A stretch of DNA of 64,000 nt from Pirellulales bacterium (GTDB lineage: Bacteria > Planctomycetota > Planctomycetia > Pirellulales > DATAWG01): positions 6,577 to 70,576 of the forward strand of contig DASZFO010000380.1 of NCBI GenBank assembly GCA_035939775.1, written 5' to 3'. A program made the translations under genes and the position numbers. The stretch's first letter is position 1. Every line of letters starts with the position of its first letter. Below are positions 18,461 to 27,856 of this stretch, one piece after another. The notes under the pieces are model-generated. The model was not told the DNA's origin, did not search any database, and was given only the letters and a program-made list of their open reading frames with translations.

Positions 18461-19279
18461 ATGCGCACGCTCAAATTGACGATCGCGTACGACGGAACTG
18501 ATTTCCTCGGATGGCAGTTTCAACCGGGCCGGCGCACCGTCCAGCAAACGCTGCAAGACGTGCTCGGCAAGATCACGGGCGAGACAATTTCGGTGGTCGC
18601 CAGCGGCCGGACCGACTCCGGAGTGCATGCCCTCGGGCAAGCGGTCAGTTTTGAGACCGGCAGCCGTTTATCCGATGACGTGCTCGCGCGGGCGTTGAAC
18701 GCGGAGTTGCCGGACGATATGGCCGTGATTGCCGTCGAAAGAGCGCCGTACGATTTCCATGTGATTCGCGATGCCGCGCGAAAGCGATACCGTTACGTGT
18801 TGCAAGATGGACTCGTTGCCGACGTTTTCAGCCGCCGCTACGCCTGGCACGTTTTCCGCCCGCTCGATGCTGGCGTGATGCACCGGGCAGCGCAAGCATT
18901 GGTGGGCCGGCACGATTTCTCAAGCTTCGAGACGAGCGGGTCGGAACGCACGACCACCGTTCGCACGGTTTTCGAACTAACTGTTGCCCGCCAGGCGATT
19001 CAGAGCGGTTGGCGCGGTGGTGCCGGCGCGGATGAAATTCATATCGAGGTGGCGGCGGACGGGTTCCTATACAATATGGTTCGCAACATCGTCGGAACGC
19101 TGGTCGAAGTTGGCCGCGGCGTTCGCGACGAAACCTGGCCCGCCGCGGTCCTCGCCGCGCGCGATCGCCGCGCCGCCGGCCCGACCGCGCCCCCGCAGGG
19201 ATTGTTTCTGGTTAGCGTGGAATTTGAGGGACGAGGGGCGAGGGACGAGGGGAAAGGGGAGGTTGCGATTGAGCCATGA
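18461..19279 (+). CDS. truA: tRNA pseudouridine(38-40) synthase
   Basis: Start at MRTLKLTIAYDGTDFLGWQ. Catalytic motif GRTDSGVHALGQ. The C-terminal tail GRGARDEGKGEVAIEP is repeat-encoded. Confidence 0.9.
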   Translation: MRTLKLTIAYDGTDFLGWQFQPGRRTVQQTLQDVLGKITGETISVVASGRTDSGVHALGQAVSFETGSRLSDDVLARALNAELPDDMAVIAVERAPYDFHVIRDAARKRYRYVLQDGLVADVFSRRYAWHVFRPLDAGVMHRAAQALVGRHDFSSFETSGSERTTTVRTVFELTVARQAIQSGWRGGAGADEIHIEVAADGFLYNMVRNIVGTLVEVGRGVRDETWPAAVLAARDRRAAGPTAPPQGLFLVSVEFEGRGARDEGKGEVAIEP

Positions 19280-19399
19280 CGACAACCTGATCGCCTGGCA
19301 TCCGGAGGCAAAAATGCCGGGGAACTGCACCCACTAAAGGCTGCTCAACGATCGTCCCTCATCACTCGTCCCTCACCCCTCACCGCTCGTCCCGCCCCC
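19226..19399. repeat. Inverted pair of GAGGGACGAGGGG repeats spanning the truA stop and the truA/GT4 spacer
   Basis: Left arm 19226-19262: gagggacgaggggcgagggacgaggggaaaggggagg. Right arm 19353-19399: cgtccctcatcactcgtccctcacccctcaccgctcgtcccgccccc. The right arm contains CTCGTCCCTC, the reverse complement of GAGGGACGAG. Confidence 0.6.
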
Positions 19400-20557
19400 G
19401 TGCGAATCGCCCACGTCATCACGCGAATGATCGTTGGTGGAGCGCAGGAAAACACGCTGCTTTCTTGCGAAGGGAGCATGCGCCGGCACGGGGCCGAGGT
19501 GCTGCTCGTGACGGGACCCGCGCTTGGGCCAGAGGGAAGTTTGCTCGAGCGAGCCAGGGCAGGGGGGGTGCCGCTGGAAATCGTGCCCGAGCTGCGCCGA
19601 TCGATCCGTCCTCGGCTCGATTGGCAAAGTTATTGGAAGATCAAACGATCCCTGAGGGAGTTTCGTGCCGACGTCGTCCATACGCACAGTGCAAAAGGGG
19701 GCATTCTGGGGCGCGCCGCGGCGTCGAAGCTCGGCGTTTCCGCGATCGTGCACACGGTGCACGGCGCGCCGTTTCACTCGTATCAAAACGCCTTGGCTCG
19801 CGAGTTTTCCCGCCGTTGTGAGTGCTGGGCCGCCCGACGATGTCATGCACTGGTCAGCGTGTCGGATGCTATGACCGACCTGATGGTCGAAAATCATATC
19901 GCGCCGCGCGAGAAGTTCACGACGATTTACAGCGGTTTGGAGGTTGAACCGCTTCGAGCCGCCGATTCCAAGCGCGATGCCGTTCGCGCCGAGTTGAGCT
20001 ATTCCTCCGAGCATTTCGTGATCGGAAAGATCGCACGGTTGTTTGACCTCAAGGGACATGAGTTTCTTGTGCGGGCGGCCCCAGCGATCGTCGCGGCCTG
20101 GCCCAACGCGCGGTTTTTGCTAATCGGCGACGGCACCCTCCGCAAGCAGGTTGAATGCCAAGTGGCCGGCGTCGGATTGACGGATCGATTTACGTTTCTC
20201 GGTCTCGCAGCGCCGGAGCGGATTCCCGAATTGATCGCCGCGATGGACGTGGTGGTTCACGCGAGCCTGCGGGAAGGCCTGGCCAGGGCCGTGGTGCAAG
20301 CTCTGCTCGTCGGCCGGCCGGTGGTGAGCTACGATGTCGATGGGGCGCGCGAAGTTGTGATCGACGGCGAGACGGGCTATCTCGTGCCGCCCAAATCGAT
20401 TGACGAATTGGCGCAAGCGGTGAGCCGGCTCGCAGCCGATCCCGCGTTGCGAGCGCAGATGGGGTCGGCGGGGCAGCGGCGCTTCGCCGATCCCTTTCGC
20501 CAAGAGCGGATGGTTGATGAGCTGCACCGGCTCTATGAGCGGCTCTTGGCGCGATAA
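19400..20557 (+). CDS. Glycosyltransferase family 4 (GT-B fold)
   Basis: 385 aa. N-terminus MRIAHVITRMIVGGAQ. C-terminal region EGLARAVVQALLVGRPVV..GETGYLVPP. GTG start. Confidence 0.85.
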   Translation: MRIAHVITRMIVGGAQENTLLSCEGSMRRHGAEVLLVTGPALGPEGSLLERARAGGVPLEIVPELRRSIRPRLDWQSYWKIKRSLREFRADVVHTHSAKGGILGRAAASKLGVSAIVHTVHGAPFHSYQNALAREFSRRCECWAARRCHALVSVSDAMTDLMVENHIAPREKFTTIYSGLEVEPLRAADSKRDAVRAELSYSSEHFVIGKIARLFDLKGHEFLVRAAPAIVAAWPNARFLLIGDGTLRKQVECQVAGVGLTDRFTFLGLAAPERIPELIAAMDVVVHASLREGLARAVVQALLVGRPVVSYDVDGAREVVIDGETGYLVPPKSIDELAQAVSRLAADPALRAQMGSAGQRRFADPFRQERMVDELHRLYERLLAR

Positions 20558-20578
20558 GTACGAAGTACAAAGGACGAA
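20556..20578 (+). repeat. 23-bp repeat AAGTACGAAGTACAAAGGACGAA (left arm of a perfect inverted pair)
   Basis: It overlaps the TAA stop of the GT4 gene (20555-20557). Its exact reverse complement occurs at 21798-21820. Confidence 0.9.
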
Positions 20579-20727
20579 AAGGGAGCTTCCACGTGCCTCG
20601 CGCTTGGTCGCTCGTCGTTCGATGCGTTGGTTGTCGCCCCGCAAGATGCCGATTAAACTGAATCAGCAGTGGAGAATTCGCCGCGATTTACCAAATCCTT
20701 GGCGCAGAGAATCTGAGGCCGCGTGAC

Positions 20728-21585
20728 GTGACGCAACAGGGCAAATATCTCGGGCAATATCGGCTGCTGAATCTGGTCGGCAATGGTCGGCACTGTCAGG
20801 TTTGGGAAGCCATGCACGACGGACGGAACGAACGTTACGCGCTCAAGGTCCTTCACCCCGATTATCGAAACGACGGCGAGCAGCTCAGTCTGATGAAGCA
20901 CGAGTTTGCCGTTGGGAAAGAGATGGATCATCCGCGGGTGGTGCGGATTTTCGAGTTCGACAGCTCCCGGATCGCTCCGTTCCTGGCGATGGAGTTCTTT
21001 GCCTCGGCGACGAACTTGAAGAAGCTGATCGCGCAAGGAGTCGACGTCATCGCCCGCCAGGTCCCCAAGATCATCGAGCAGGCCGCGGAGGGCCTGGCTT
21101 ACTTTCATCAACAGGGCTGGATCCATCGCGACATCAAGCCGAACAACTTCTTGGCCAACCCATCAGCGGACGTGAAGCTCATCGACTACGCGATCGCCGA
21201 GCGCCGCCGTGGCTTGCTCAGCCGCCTGTTCGGCAAATCGAAAATCCAAGGGACTCGCAGCTACATGTCGCCCGAGCAGATTCGCGGCCAACCGCTCGAC
21301 CACCGCACCGACATCTACAGCTTCGGCTGCGTGACGTTTGAGTTGTTGGCCGGCAGGCCGCCCTTCACGGGCAACTCGGAGAACGAGCTGCTCAACAAGC
21401 ATCTGAGGTCCCCGGCGCCCTCCGCCGAAACGTATAATAAATATCTCACCTATGAATGCGTCCAATTGGTGAAGTCGATGCTGGCAAAGAAACCGGATGA
21501 TCGTCCCGCGTCGATGGACGAGGTGCTCGATCACATTCGCGCCTACCGCGTCTACCGCTCGATGCCGGCGGCGCCGAAGGCCTGA
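20728..21585 (+). CDS. Serine/threonine protein kinase (kinase domain only)
   Basis: 285 aa. Motifs YALKVL, HRDIKPNNFL and GTRSYMSPEQ. GTG start. Confidence 0.9.
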   Translation: MTQQGKYLGQYRLLNLVGNGRHCQVWEAMHDGRNERYALKVLHPDYRNDGEQLSLMKHEFAVGKEMDHPRVVRIFEFDSSRIAPFLAMEFFASATNLKKLIAQGVDVIARQVPKIIEQAAEGLAYFHQQGWIHRDIKPNNFLANPSADVKLIDYAIAERRRGLLSRLFGKSKIQGTRSYMSPEQIRGQPLDHRTDIYSFGCVTFELLAGRPPFTGNSENELLNKHLRSPAPSAETYNKYLTYECVQLVKSMLAKKPDDRPASMDEVLDHIRAYRVYRSMPAAPKA

Positions 21586-21589
21586 CGGC

Positions 21590-21820
21590 AAGTACGAAGT
21601 ACGAAAGGGGACGGTGCTGGGCGCCACGATGACGGATTCATCCGGCCGGCGGTGCAATGTAAAGCGTGCTTGCCTTGATGTCGCAATTCAACTAGCCTAT
21701 CCCCTCATAGAGTTGTTTCACAACGATAATAGAAGTCTGTTTTCGTTCTCCCAACCCTGGGATATCTCGGCCGACAGCCACTAGACGACTTTCGCACTTC
21801 GTCCTTTGTACTTCGTACTT
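21590..21820. mobile_element. MITE-like unit: inverted GTACGAAGTAC-type repeats flanking a lower-GC core of about 180 bp
   Basis: Left end 21590-21614 is AAGTACGAAGTACGAAAGGGGACGG. Right end 21798-21820 is ttcgtcctttgtacttcgtactt, the reverse complement of AAGTACGAAGTACAAAGGACGAA. The core has no convincing ORF. Confidence 0.45.
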
Positions 21821-21831
21821 CGAACATTTCC

Positions 21832-22827
21832 GTGTCTTCCGGCCATCGACTTGCGTTTGAACGACCAATCTACGATCTGGAGTCACGGATCGCGGATCTA
21901 GATGCCGCCGCGCGCGAGGATCCCGTCGCGCGCGAGGAGCTGCGCCGTTTGCGGCGCGAATTGGTCGAGTTGACGCGGAAAGTCTTCAGCCACTTGACCC
22001 CTTGGGAAACCGTCGAGGTGGCCCGCCATCCCGATCGGCCGATGACGACCGACTACATCGAATTGGTATTCGATGAGTTCGTCGAGCTGCACGGCGACAA
22101 GGCGTTCGGAGACGATCGGGCGATCCGCACCGGATTCGCCAAGCTCGATCAGTTCAAGGTGATGATCGTTGGACATCAAAAAGGACGGACGGTCAAGGAG
22201 CGGAGTCTCTGCCATTTCGGTTGCGCGCATCCCGAGGGTTATCGCAAAGCGATGGAAAAGATGCGGTTGGCGGCGAAGTTCGGCCGGCCGGTGATTTGTC
22301 TGATCGACACGCCCGGGGCTTATCCCGGTGTCGAAGCGGAAGAGCGAGGGCAATCTCAAGTGATTGCCGACAGCATGTTCCAGATGTCGCGGTTGCCGAC
22401 CCCGATTGTATGCGTCGTGATTGGTGAAGGGGGATCCGGTGGAGCGCTCGGGATCGGGGTGGGCGACAAGGTAGCGGTGCTCGAGCACGCATATTACTCG
22501 GTGATCAGCCCAGAGGGGTGCGCCGGCATCTTATGGAAAAGCCACACCCACAAGGAAGAGGCCGCAAAAGCGTTACGACTGACCTCCCGCGACTTGCTGG
22601 GGTTAGGAGTCGTGGACGACGTGATCGACGAGCCACTCGGCGGCGCGCATCGAGATCATCCGCGAATGGCCGCCCGACTCAAGATGTATCTCATCAAGGC
22701 GCTCCGCGAGTTGACGCCGCGGCCACGCGAGGAACTTTTGGCGGCGCGCTACGAGAAGTTTCGCCAGATGGGAAGCTTCCTTGAGAACGGCGCGCTTCAA
22801 AACGGGGCGGGGGAAACGTCGCCATAG
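21832..22827 (+). CDS. accA: Acetyl-CoA carboxylase carboxyltransferase subunit alpha
   Basis: 331 aa. LAFERPIYDLESRIADL, DTPGAYPGVEAEERGQ and GEGGSGGALGIG are typical of AccA. Confidence 0.95.
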   Translation: MSSGHRLAFERPIYDLESRIADLDAAAREDPVAREELRRLRRELVELTRKVFSHLTPWETVEVARHPDRPMTTDYIELVFDEFVELHGDKAFGDDRAIRTGFAKLDQFKVMIVGHQKGRTVKERSLCHFGCAHPEGYRKAMEKMRLAAKFGRPVICLIDTPGAYPGVEAEERGQSQVIADSMFQMSRLPTPIVCVVIGEGGSGGALGIGVGDKVAVLEHAYYSVISPEGCAGILWKSHTHKEEAAKALRLTSRDLLGLGVVDDVIDEPLGGAHRDHPRMAARLKMYLIKALRELTPRPREELLAARYEKFRQMGSFLENGALQNGAGETSP

Positions 22828-23077
22828 CTCCGCGCCCGGTCGTCTTGCCGCCGAATCGCTCAAGCCGAGCCAGCGGTGACGGAGATCACTTCAACGGCTA
22901 TTGCCACCGGCGCCGCCTAGTCAATCGAATGCGGCGAAACCGCCCCCGAACGTCCGATAATGTCTGTTATGTTCGGTAGCCGGGCCGGTTTTCTTCGGGA
23001 AATAAGCGGTTTTAACCGCGCTCGATCGTCTCGCGACGCTGCCGCTGCGTCGCGCCGCGAGCCTTCGGTCGGCATAT

Positions 23078-23644
23078 TCAACTGCCGCTTCGCGGCGGCA
23101 CAGCGCCCGGCGCATCCGGCGGCTTCGCGCCGTCGGGCTGAAGCTCCGTTTCCAGCCGATTCAAATACGGGTCGAGCACTTTGTGAATCTCGCTCGGGAT
23201 CACCGGATCCGCTCGATTCAGGAGCAGGGCGATGTAATGGCCCGAATTGGATTGGAGCACCGAGTCGCGGCCGGAGGGAATTAGCGTCACGGCGAAAAAT
23301 GTGATCACGACGCAGAACAAGACTCCCTTGCCCGCCCCGACAACAGCGCCGATCTGGTGATCGAATTCCTGCAACCGTAACCGATTGATGAAGCTCTTGA
23401 CGAAGTGGAACATCACCCAAACCACGAGCGAGGTGCCCATGTAGAGCGCAAACATGGCGACAAATCGGTTCAGCGGGGCCTCGGATCCAAACATCGGCGC
23501 CAGCGGCTCGCTGAACCGCAAGGCCAAGAAGTAGCTTGCTACGATCGCGGTGAGCGAAGCCAACTGCCAGGCGAGCCCTTTCCAGGCTCCCCAGAGGGTC
23601 GTGCCGGCGAGCACGAGGATCATGATCAGGTCGTAGGAATCCAT
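23078..23644 (-). CDS. CvpA family membrane protein
   Basis: Start at MDSYDLIMILVLAGTTLWGAWKGLAWQL. About four TM helices in a CvpA-like layout. The 3' end is uncertain. Confidence 0.65.
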   Translation of the reverse strand: MDSYDLIMILVLAGTTLWGAWKGLAWQLASLTAIVASYFLALRFSEPLAPMFGSEAPLNRFVAMFALYMGTSLVVWVMFHFVKSFINRLRLQEFDHQIGAVVGAGKGVLFCVVITFFAVTLIPSGRDSVLQSNSGHYIALLLNRADPVIPSEIHKVLDPYLNRLETELQPDGAKPPDAPGAVPPRSGS

Positions 23645-23881
23645 CGAGGAGCGGGGACGAGGATCATGGGAAGAAAAAACGCGGCGAAAGTATAGCGATC
23701 GCCGCACCAATCATGAAGAGCATTTCGGAATCCACGCAGAATAAAAAGGTGCGGCGAAATGGCGGCCGCCGTCTCCAGCCGTTGCTCTTTTCCGGCATGC
23801 GGGATTCCGTTACAGTCCCGCTCGCCGAAGTCCCTTTTCCTGAAATCCCCGCGATTATCCTCGGAAGGATGGAGCGTATCC

Positions 23882-24595
23882 ATGGCCGGTTTTAAGACGC
23901 ACATCACCACCAGCACGGTTTTGGGCATCGGCTACGGCGCGGCCGCCTATGGGTTTTACCACGTCCCGATCCCGACTTGCGTCTTGGCCGGCGGGCTATG
24001 CAGCGTGGCGGGGATGTTTCCCGATTTGGATAGCGGACCCGGCCGGCCGCTGCGTGAAAGCCTGGCCTTTGCGGCAGCCGTGGTGCCGATGATGCTTTTG
24101 CACCGAATTCAACATCTCGGCTACGCCCCTGAGACGAACATCATGATTGGCGGGGCGATCTATTTGGCGATTCGCTTTGGCGTCGGCTGGTTGCTGCGGC
24201 ATTACACCGTTCACCGGGGCATGTTTCATAGTTTGCCGGCGGCGGCCATCGCGGCCGAGCTGACATTTTTGATCTGCGGGCACGAGCAAGAAGGACTATG
24301 GTTGCGGTTCTTCAACGCCGGGGCGGTGGTGCTAGGCTTCATGTCGCATTTGGTGCTCGACGAAATCTGGAGCATCGAATTCAAGACCGGCATCCCGCGG
24401 TTCAAAAAATCGTTCGGCACGGCGATCAAGCTCTGGAGCGACAGCCTGTGGGGCAATCTGTCGGCGTATGGCAAGCTGGCGATCCTCACTTGGCTCGTGA
24501 TCCAAGACCCGATCTGGAAAGCGCCGCCGCCGAACTCGAACCCGGCCGCGCAAAACCAGATGAGCAGCGTGCGCCCCACGAAGCCGCTTTTTTGA
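23882..24595 (+). CDS. Membrane-bound metal-dependent hydrolase (YdjM/DUF457-like)
   Basis: Start at MAGFKTHITTSTVLG. Polytopic protein with conserved His residues (THIT, HRGMFHS, SHLVLDE). Confidence 0.55.
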   Translation: MAGFKTHITTSTVLGIGYGAAAYGFYHVPIPTCVLAGGLCSVAGMFPDLDSGPGRPLRESLAFAAAVVPMMLLHRIQHLGYAPETNIMIGGAIYLAIRFGVGWLLRHYTVHRGMFHSLPAAAIAAELTFLICGHEQEGLWLRFFNAGAVVLGFMSHLVLDEIWSIEFKTGIPRFKKSFGTAIKLWSDSLWGNLSAYGKLAILTWLVIQDPIWKAPPPNSNPAAQNQMSSVRPTKPLF

Positions 24596-24599
24596 CGAT

Positions 24600-25049
24600 T
24601 CAGAAGAGCTTCTTCGAGTCGAGCAACAACGTGACGGGACCGTCGTTTACTAAAGCGACATCCATGTGCTGACGGAATCGACCCGTCGCAACTCGGATCC
24701 CCTTTGCCGCGACGGCCGCGACGAATTCCAGATAGAGCCGCTCGCCCAATTCGTGATCGGCGGCGGATATGAAGCTTGGCCGGCGGCCTTTGCGGCAATC
24801 GCCCAACAGCGTGAACTGGCTGACGATCAGCATTGCCCCGCCGCTCTCCACGAGCGAGCGATTCATCTTTCCCGCATCGTCGGGAAAGATCCGCAGCTCG
24901 ACGACCTTGTCGGCCAGAAGCTGCGCGTCGTCGCTCGAATCGTCGGCCGCCACGCCAAGCAGTACGACCAGCCCTCGGCCGATCTCTCCGACGACCTCAC
25001 TTGCGACGGTCACCCGCGCCTCGCTGACGCGCTGAACGCAAGCCCGCAT
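24600..25049 (-). CDS. dtd: D-aminoacyl-tRNA deacylase
   Basis: 149 aa. [13 protein letters not shown] and [17 protein letters not shown] are typical of Dtd. Confidence 0.95.
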   Translation of the reverse strand: MRACVQRVSEARVTVASEVVGEIGRGLVVLLGVAADDSSDDAQLLADKVVELRIFPDDAGKMNRSLVESGGAMLIVSQFTLLGDCRKGRRPSFISAADHELGERLYLEFVAAVAAKGIRVATGRFRQHMDVALVNDGPVTLLLDSKKLF

Positions 25050-25613
25050 TCACACCTCGAGACCGCGCTCGGCGCGGATGCGTTTCACTTCACTGAGGAT
25101 TTCAGTTATCACTTCGTGATGAGCGCGGATTCGTTGGGCTTCGATGACGAATGTCCAGACGATGAACGCCAGTCCGACGAGCGCGCCGATCAAGTGCGGA
25201 ATCACCCAAGTCTCGGTCCCGGGATGCCCAGTTCCCGGATCGGCGGCGGCGCCCAGCGCGATCACGCCCACGATGGCGAGCATCGCCAGAACCGCCCAGG
25301 GAAAGGTCCGTCGCTTGAGAATCACGCTCTGGCGGAGCAATTCCCGGTCGAGCGAATACGTCTCGACCACCTCCTTGCACCAGCGACTGGTGCCAATGAA
25401 ATAGGTCACTACGATGCTATTCACGAACACCACGGCGAGCGCCGAGGCCAGGCCGAGCATCTTGTGAACGATCGCCAGATTCAGCAATTTCGGAAGCTGC
25501 GGGCTTTGCCGGATCCCAGGTTCGTGCAGGTCGCCGATGTACAGGCCCAATAGCAACGTCACCGCCAGAAGGGCGAGGGTAAACAGAGCGAGCGTGGTGA
25601 AGATTCGTATCAT
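25050..25613 (-). CDS. Hypothetical membrane protein (4-5 TM helices)
   Basis: Internal start MIRIFTTLALFTLALLAVTLLLG at 25613. The upstream part of the track ORF is read-through of a palindromic repeat. Confidence 0.55.
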   Translation of the reverse strand: MIRIFTTLALFTLALLAVTLLLGLYIGDLHEPGIRQSPQLPKLLNLAIVHKMLGLASALAVVFVNSIVVTYFIGTSRWCKEVVETYSLDRELLRQSVILKRRTFPWAVLAMLAIVGVIALGAAADPGTGHPGTETWVIPHLIGALVGLAFIVWTFVIEAQRIRAHHEVITEILSEVKRIRAERGLEV

Positions 25614-25658
25614 GTATTCATAGTTTAGCCCGATCGCGTGCGCGGTACAGGGGAAGCA

Positions 25659-25740
25659 ACGTAGTAGGCACACTCCATGTGCCGTCCGCGGAGCGATACA
25701 ACACCGCAGGCGAACGGCACACGGAGCGTGCCTGCTACGT
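25659..25740. repeat. Imperfect 26-bp inverted repeat (REP-like palindromic element)
   Basis: Left arm 25659-25684: acgtagtaggcacactccatgtgccg. Right arm 25715-25740: cggcacacggagcgtgcctgctacgt. The arms match in 23/26 positions as reverse complements. Each arm also contains its own GGCAC..GTGCC hairpin. Confidence 0.8.
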
Positions 25741-25782
25741 ACGGCGTGGACGGCGCGACGGGCCGTTCGTAGAATCAACTTG

Positions 25783-26826
25783 ATGCAAATCAAGCGACCT
25801 CTGCTTGCAATCACGATGGGCGATCCCGCGGGGGTGGGGCCGGAAACGATCGTCGGCGCTTGGGGCGATCCGCGGGTTCATGAGTGGTGTGACGCGGTTG
25901 TCATCGGGCATCCCGTCGTCTTGCGGCGGGCCGTCGATCTGCTGAGAAGCCGCTGTGAAATCGTGTCCATCGAAGACGTTGCAGACGCACGTTCTTCACC
26001 CGAATGCATGCCCTGTCTTCCGTGCGGATCGACTGCGGCGCTCGACGTTCCTCCGGCGACGATTGATCCGCGCTCTGGCGAAGCCGCCTACGAAGCGGTG
26101 GTTCGGGCGGCGGAATTGGCGCTTGCGCGACGCGTCGGTGGAATCGTGACCGCTCCGCTGCACAAGGCAGCGCTTTGGCAGGCCGGGCATCATTATCCCG
26201 GACATACCGAGTTGCTGGCCGAACTTTGTGGCGTGCACGATTTCGCAATGATGCTCTATCTCGGTCCGGACGAGACAATCCGGGGCCCCGCCGGCCTCGG
26301 CGTCGTGCACGTCACGCTGCACATGGCGCTGCGGGACGTTTTTGCGCATCTGACTCGCGAAGCGATTGTCGCGAAAGCCAATTTGGCGGACAAGGTCACG
26401 CGATTGTTGCGCAGAGCCTACGGGTTAGCCGCGGAGGTATCCCGCATCGGAGTTTGCGCTCTCAATCCTCATGCCGGCGAGGAAGGGCTATTCGGCGATG
26501 AAGAGCGAACGATCATCCGGCCGGCAGTCGAAGATGCGCGGGCCGCGGGCTTAAACATCACGGGGCCGCTGCCGACCGACACGCTGATGGTTCGCGCTCG
26601 CGACGGCGAGTTCGACGCGGTGGTTGCCATGGTTCACGATCAGGGACATATCGCGCTGAAGCTGCTCGGAATGCACCGCGCGGTGAATATCACGCTCGGG
26701 CTGCCCATCGTGCGCACCAGCGTCGCCCACGGCACCGCGTTCGATCTGGCCTGGCAAGGTCGCGCCCAGACGAGCAGCATGGTCGAGGCAATTCGCGTTG
26801 CCGCCGGATTGGCGAGTGCGCGATGA
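25783..26826 (+). CDS. pdxA: 4-hydroxythreonine-4-phosphate dehydrogenase
   Basis: LAITMGDPAGVGPE, PGHTELLAE, NPHAGE, DQGHIALK and TSVAHGTAFD are present. ATG at 25783 (the track starts at a TTG at 25780). Confidence 0.95.
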   Translation: MQIKRPLLAITMGDPAGVGPETIVGAWGDPRVHEWCDAVVIGHPVVLRRAVDLLRSRCEIVSIEDVADARSSPECMPCLPCGSTAALDVPPATIDPRSGEAAYEAVVRAAELALARRVGGIVTAPLHKAALWQAGHHYPGHTELLAELCGVHDFAMMLYLGPDETIRGPAGLGVVHVTLHMALRDVFAHLTREAIVAKANLADKVTRLLRRAYGLAAEVSRIGVCALNPHAGEEGLFGDEERTIIRPAVEDARAAGLNITGPLPTDTLMVRARDGEFDAVVAMVHDQGHIALKLLGMHRAVNITLGLPIVRTSVAHGTAFDLAWQGRAQTSSMVEAIRVAAGLASAR

Positions 26827-26887
26827 TCGTAGCGGATTTCGCAAGAATCTCGGCACCCTTACGGAATTCTTGAGAATTCAGCTACGA
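26827..26887. terminator. Nested hairpin between convergent genes (possible bidirectional terminator)
   Basis: Outer stem TCGTAGC (26827-26833) pairs with GCTACGA (26881-26887). Inner stem is CAAGAAT..ATTCTTG. There is no T-run. Confidence 0.4.
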
Positions 26888-26893
26888 AGGTCA

Positions 26894-27856
26894 TCACTTC
26901 GCGGGCTCGCCCCGCAGCATTTTCAGATACGCGTCAGTCGTATCCGTCGGTTTGAGCCCGTTCGGCTGAGTCAGTCCACTGGGTTGATAGACGAACTCGC
27001 GAGCATCCATCGGCGCATTTAACCGAACATCGAAAAACTCCGTGGTCACGATGGCGCGATATCCTGGAAGGATCCCCCCCTGCCCTTCCACATCCGATTT
27101 GCCGATGCGCCGCAAATACTCGATGCGATAGGGAATCCAGTCGGACTGACCGACATAGAGCACGACATGCTCCGGCAAGTGGGCGGGGAGTTTTTTCCAT
27201 TCGATCGGTCGTCCTGCTTCGATCGCGCCGCGCAACTCAGGCACGGCTGCGGCCAACTGAGCGGGCCGCCATTGGCCGTCGACGACCCACACGAGATGGT
27301 CTCGGAGCTGCGTCTGAGCAGCACGGTCGAATTGAAAGTTTTGCCGTAGTCCCGCGATCATCTTCGAGAGGCCTCCAATCGACATCGGACCTGGCGAGAC
27401 GTTGGATGCTGTTCGACCGTCACTTTGAAGCTGAACCTGAATTCGGTCCAGATCGACCCGGTTCAAACTGCGTCCGGTGGGAAGCTCGCGAAAGGTCCAG
27501 AAGAAGTGACCGTCGCTGATCTCGCGCAGGGTGTACGTTGCGTCGCCGACTTGGCTCTTCAATTCGAATCGCGATAACTGTCGCAGCCCGCTTCCCTGTT
27601 GAAGATAAATCCCCGTGCCTATTACTTGTTGCTCGAACAGATCAACCTGATTGCGGACCTTGGCCGACAGCGATTGGAGCTGATCGATCGTCTGCTCGAC
27701 GCGCTCGACCAGTGCTTCAGCCTCCTGACTCGAGCTTCCGGACTGAGATGCGGAGGCTCCTCCCGATTCCACAACACTCGATGGGGTCTCGGCTTGCGCC
27801 GGCATGACGAGGACCGTGGCGATCGCAAATGAGAAGATAGGGCAACTTATCTTCAT
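26894..27856 (-). CDS. Secreted hypothetical protein (possibly LolA-like fold)
   Basis: 320 aa. Signal peptide MKISCPIFSFAIATVLVMPAQAETP. A coiled-coil-like N-terminal segment follows. The fold guess is weak. Confidence 0.5.
   Translation of the reverse strand: MKISCPIFSFAIATVLVMPAQAETPSSVVESGGASASQSGSSSQEAEALVERVEQTIDQLQSLSAKVRNQVDLFEQQVIGTGIYLQQGSGLRQLSRFELKSQVGDATYTLREISDGHFFWTFRELPTGRSLNRVDLDRIQVQLQSDGRTASNVSPGPMSIGGLSKMIAGLRQNFQFDRAAQTQLRDHLVWVVDGQWRPAQLAAAVPELRGAIEAGRPIEWKKLPAHLPEHVVLYVGQSDWIPYRIEYLRRIGKSDVEGQGGILPGYRAIVTTEFFDVRLNAPMDAREFVYQPSGLTQPNGLKPTDTTDAYLKMLRGEPAK

Noticed and set aside
24666-25553. 295-aa + ORF opposite dtd and the downstream membrane protein.
   Set aside because: Antisense to dtd (clear family match) and to a coherent TM protein.
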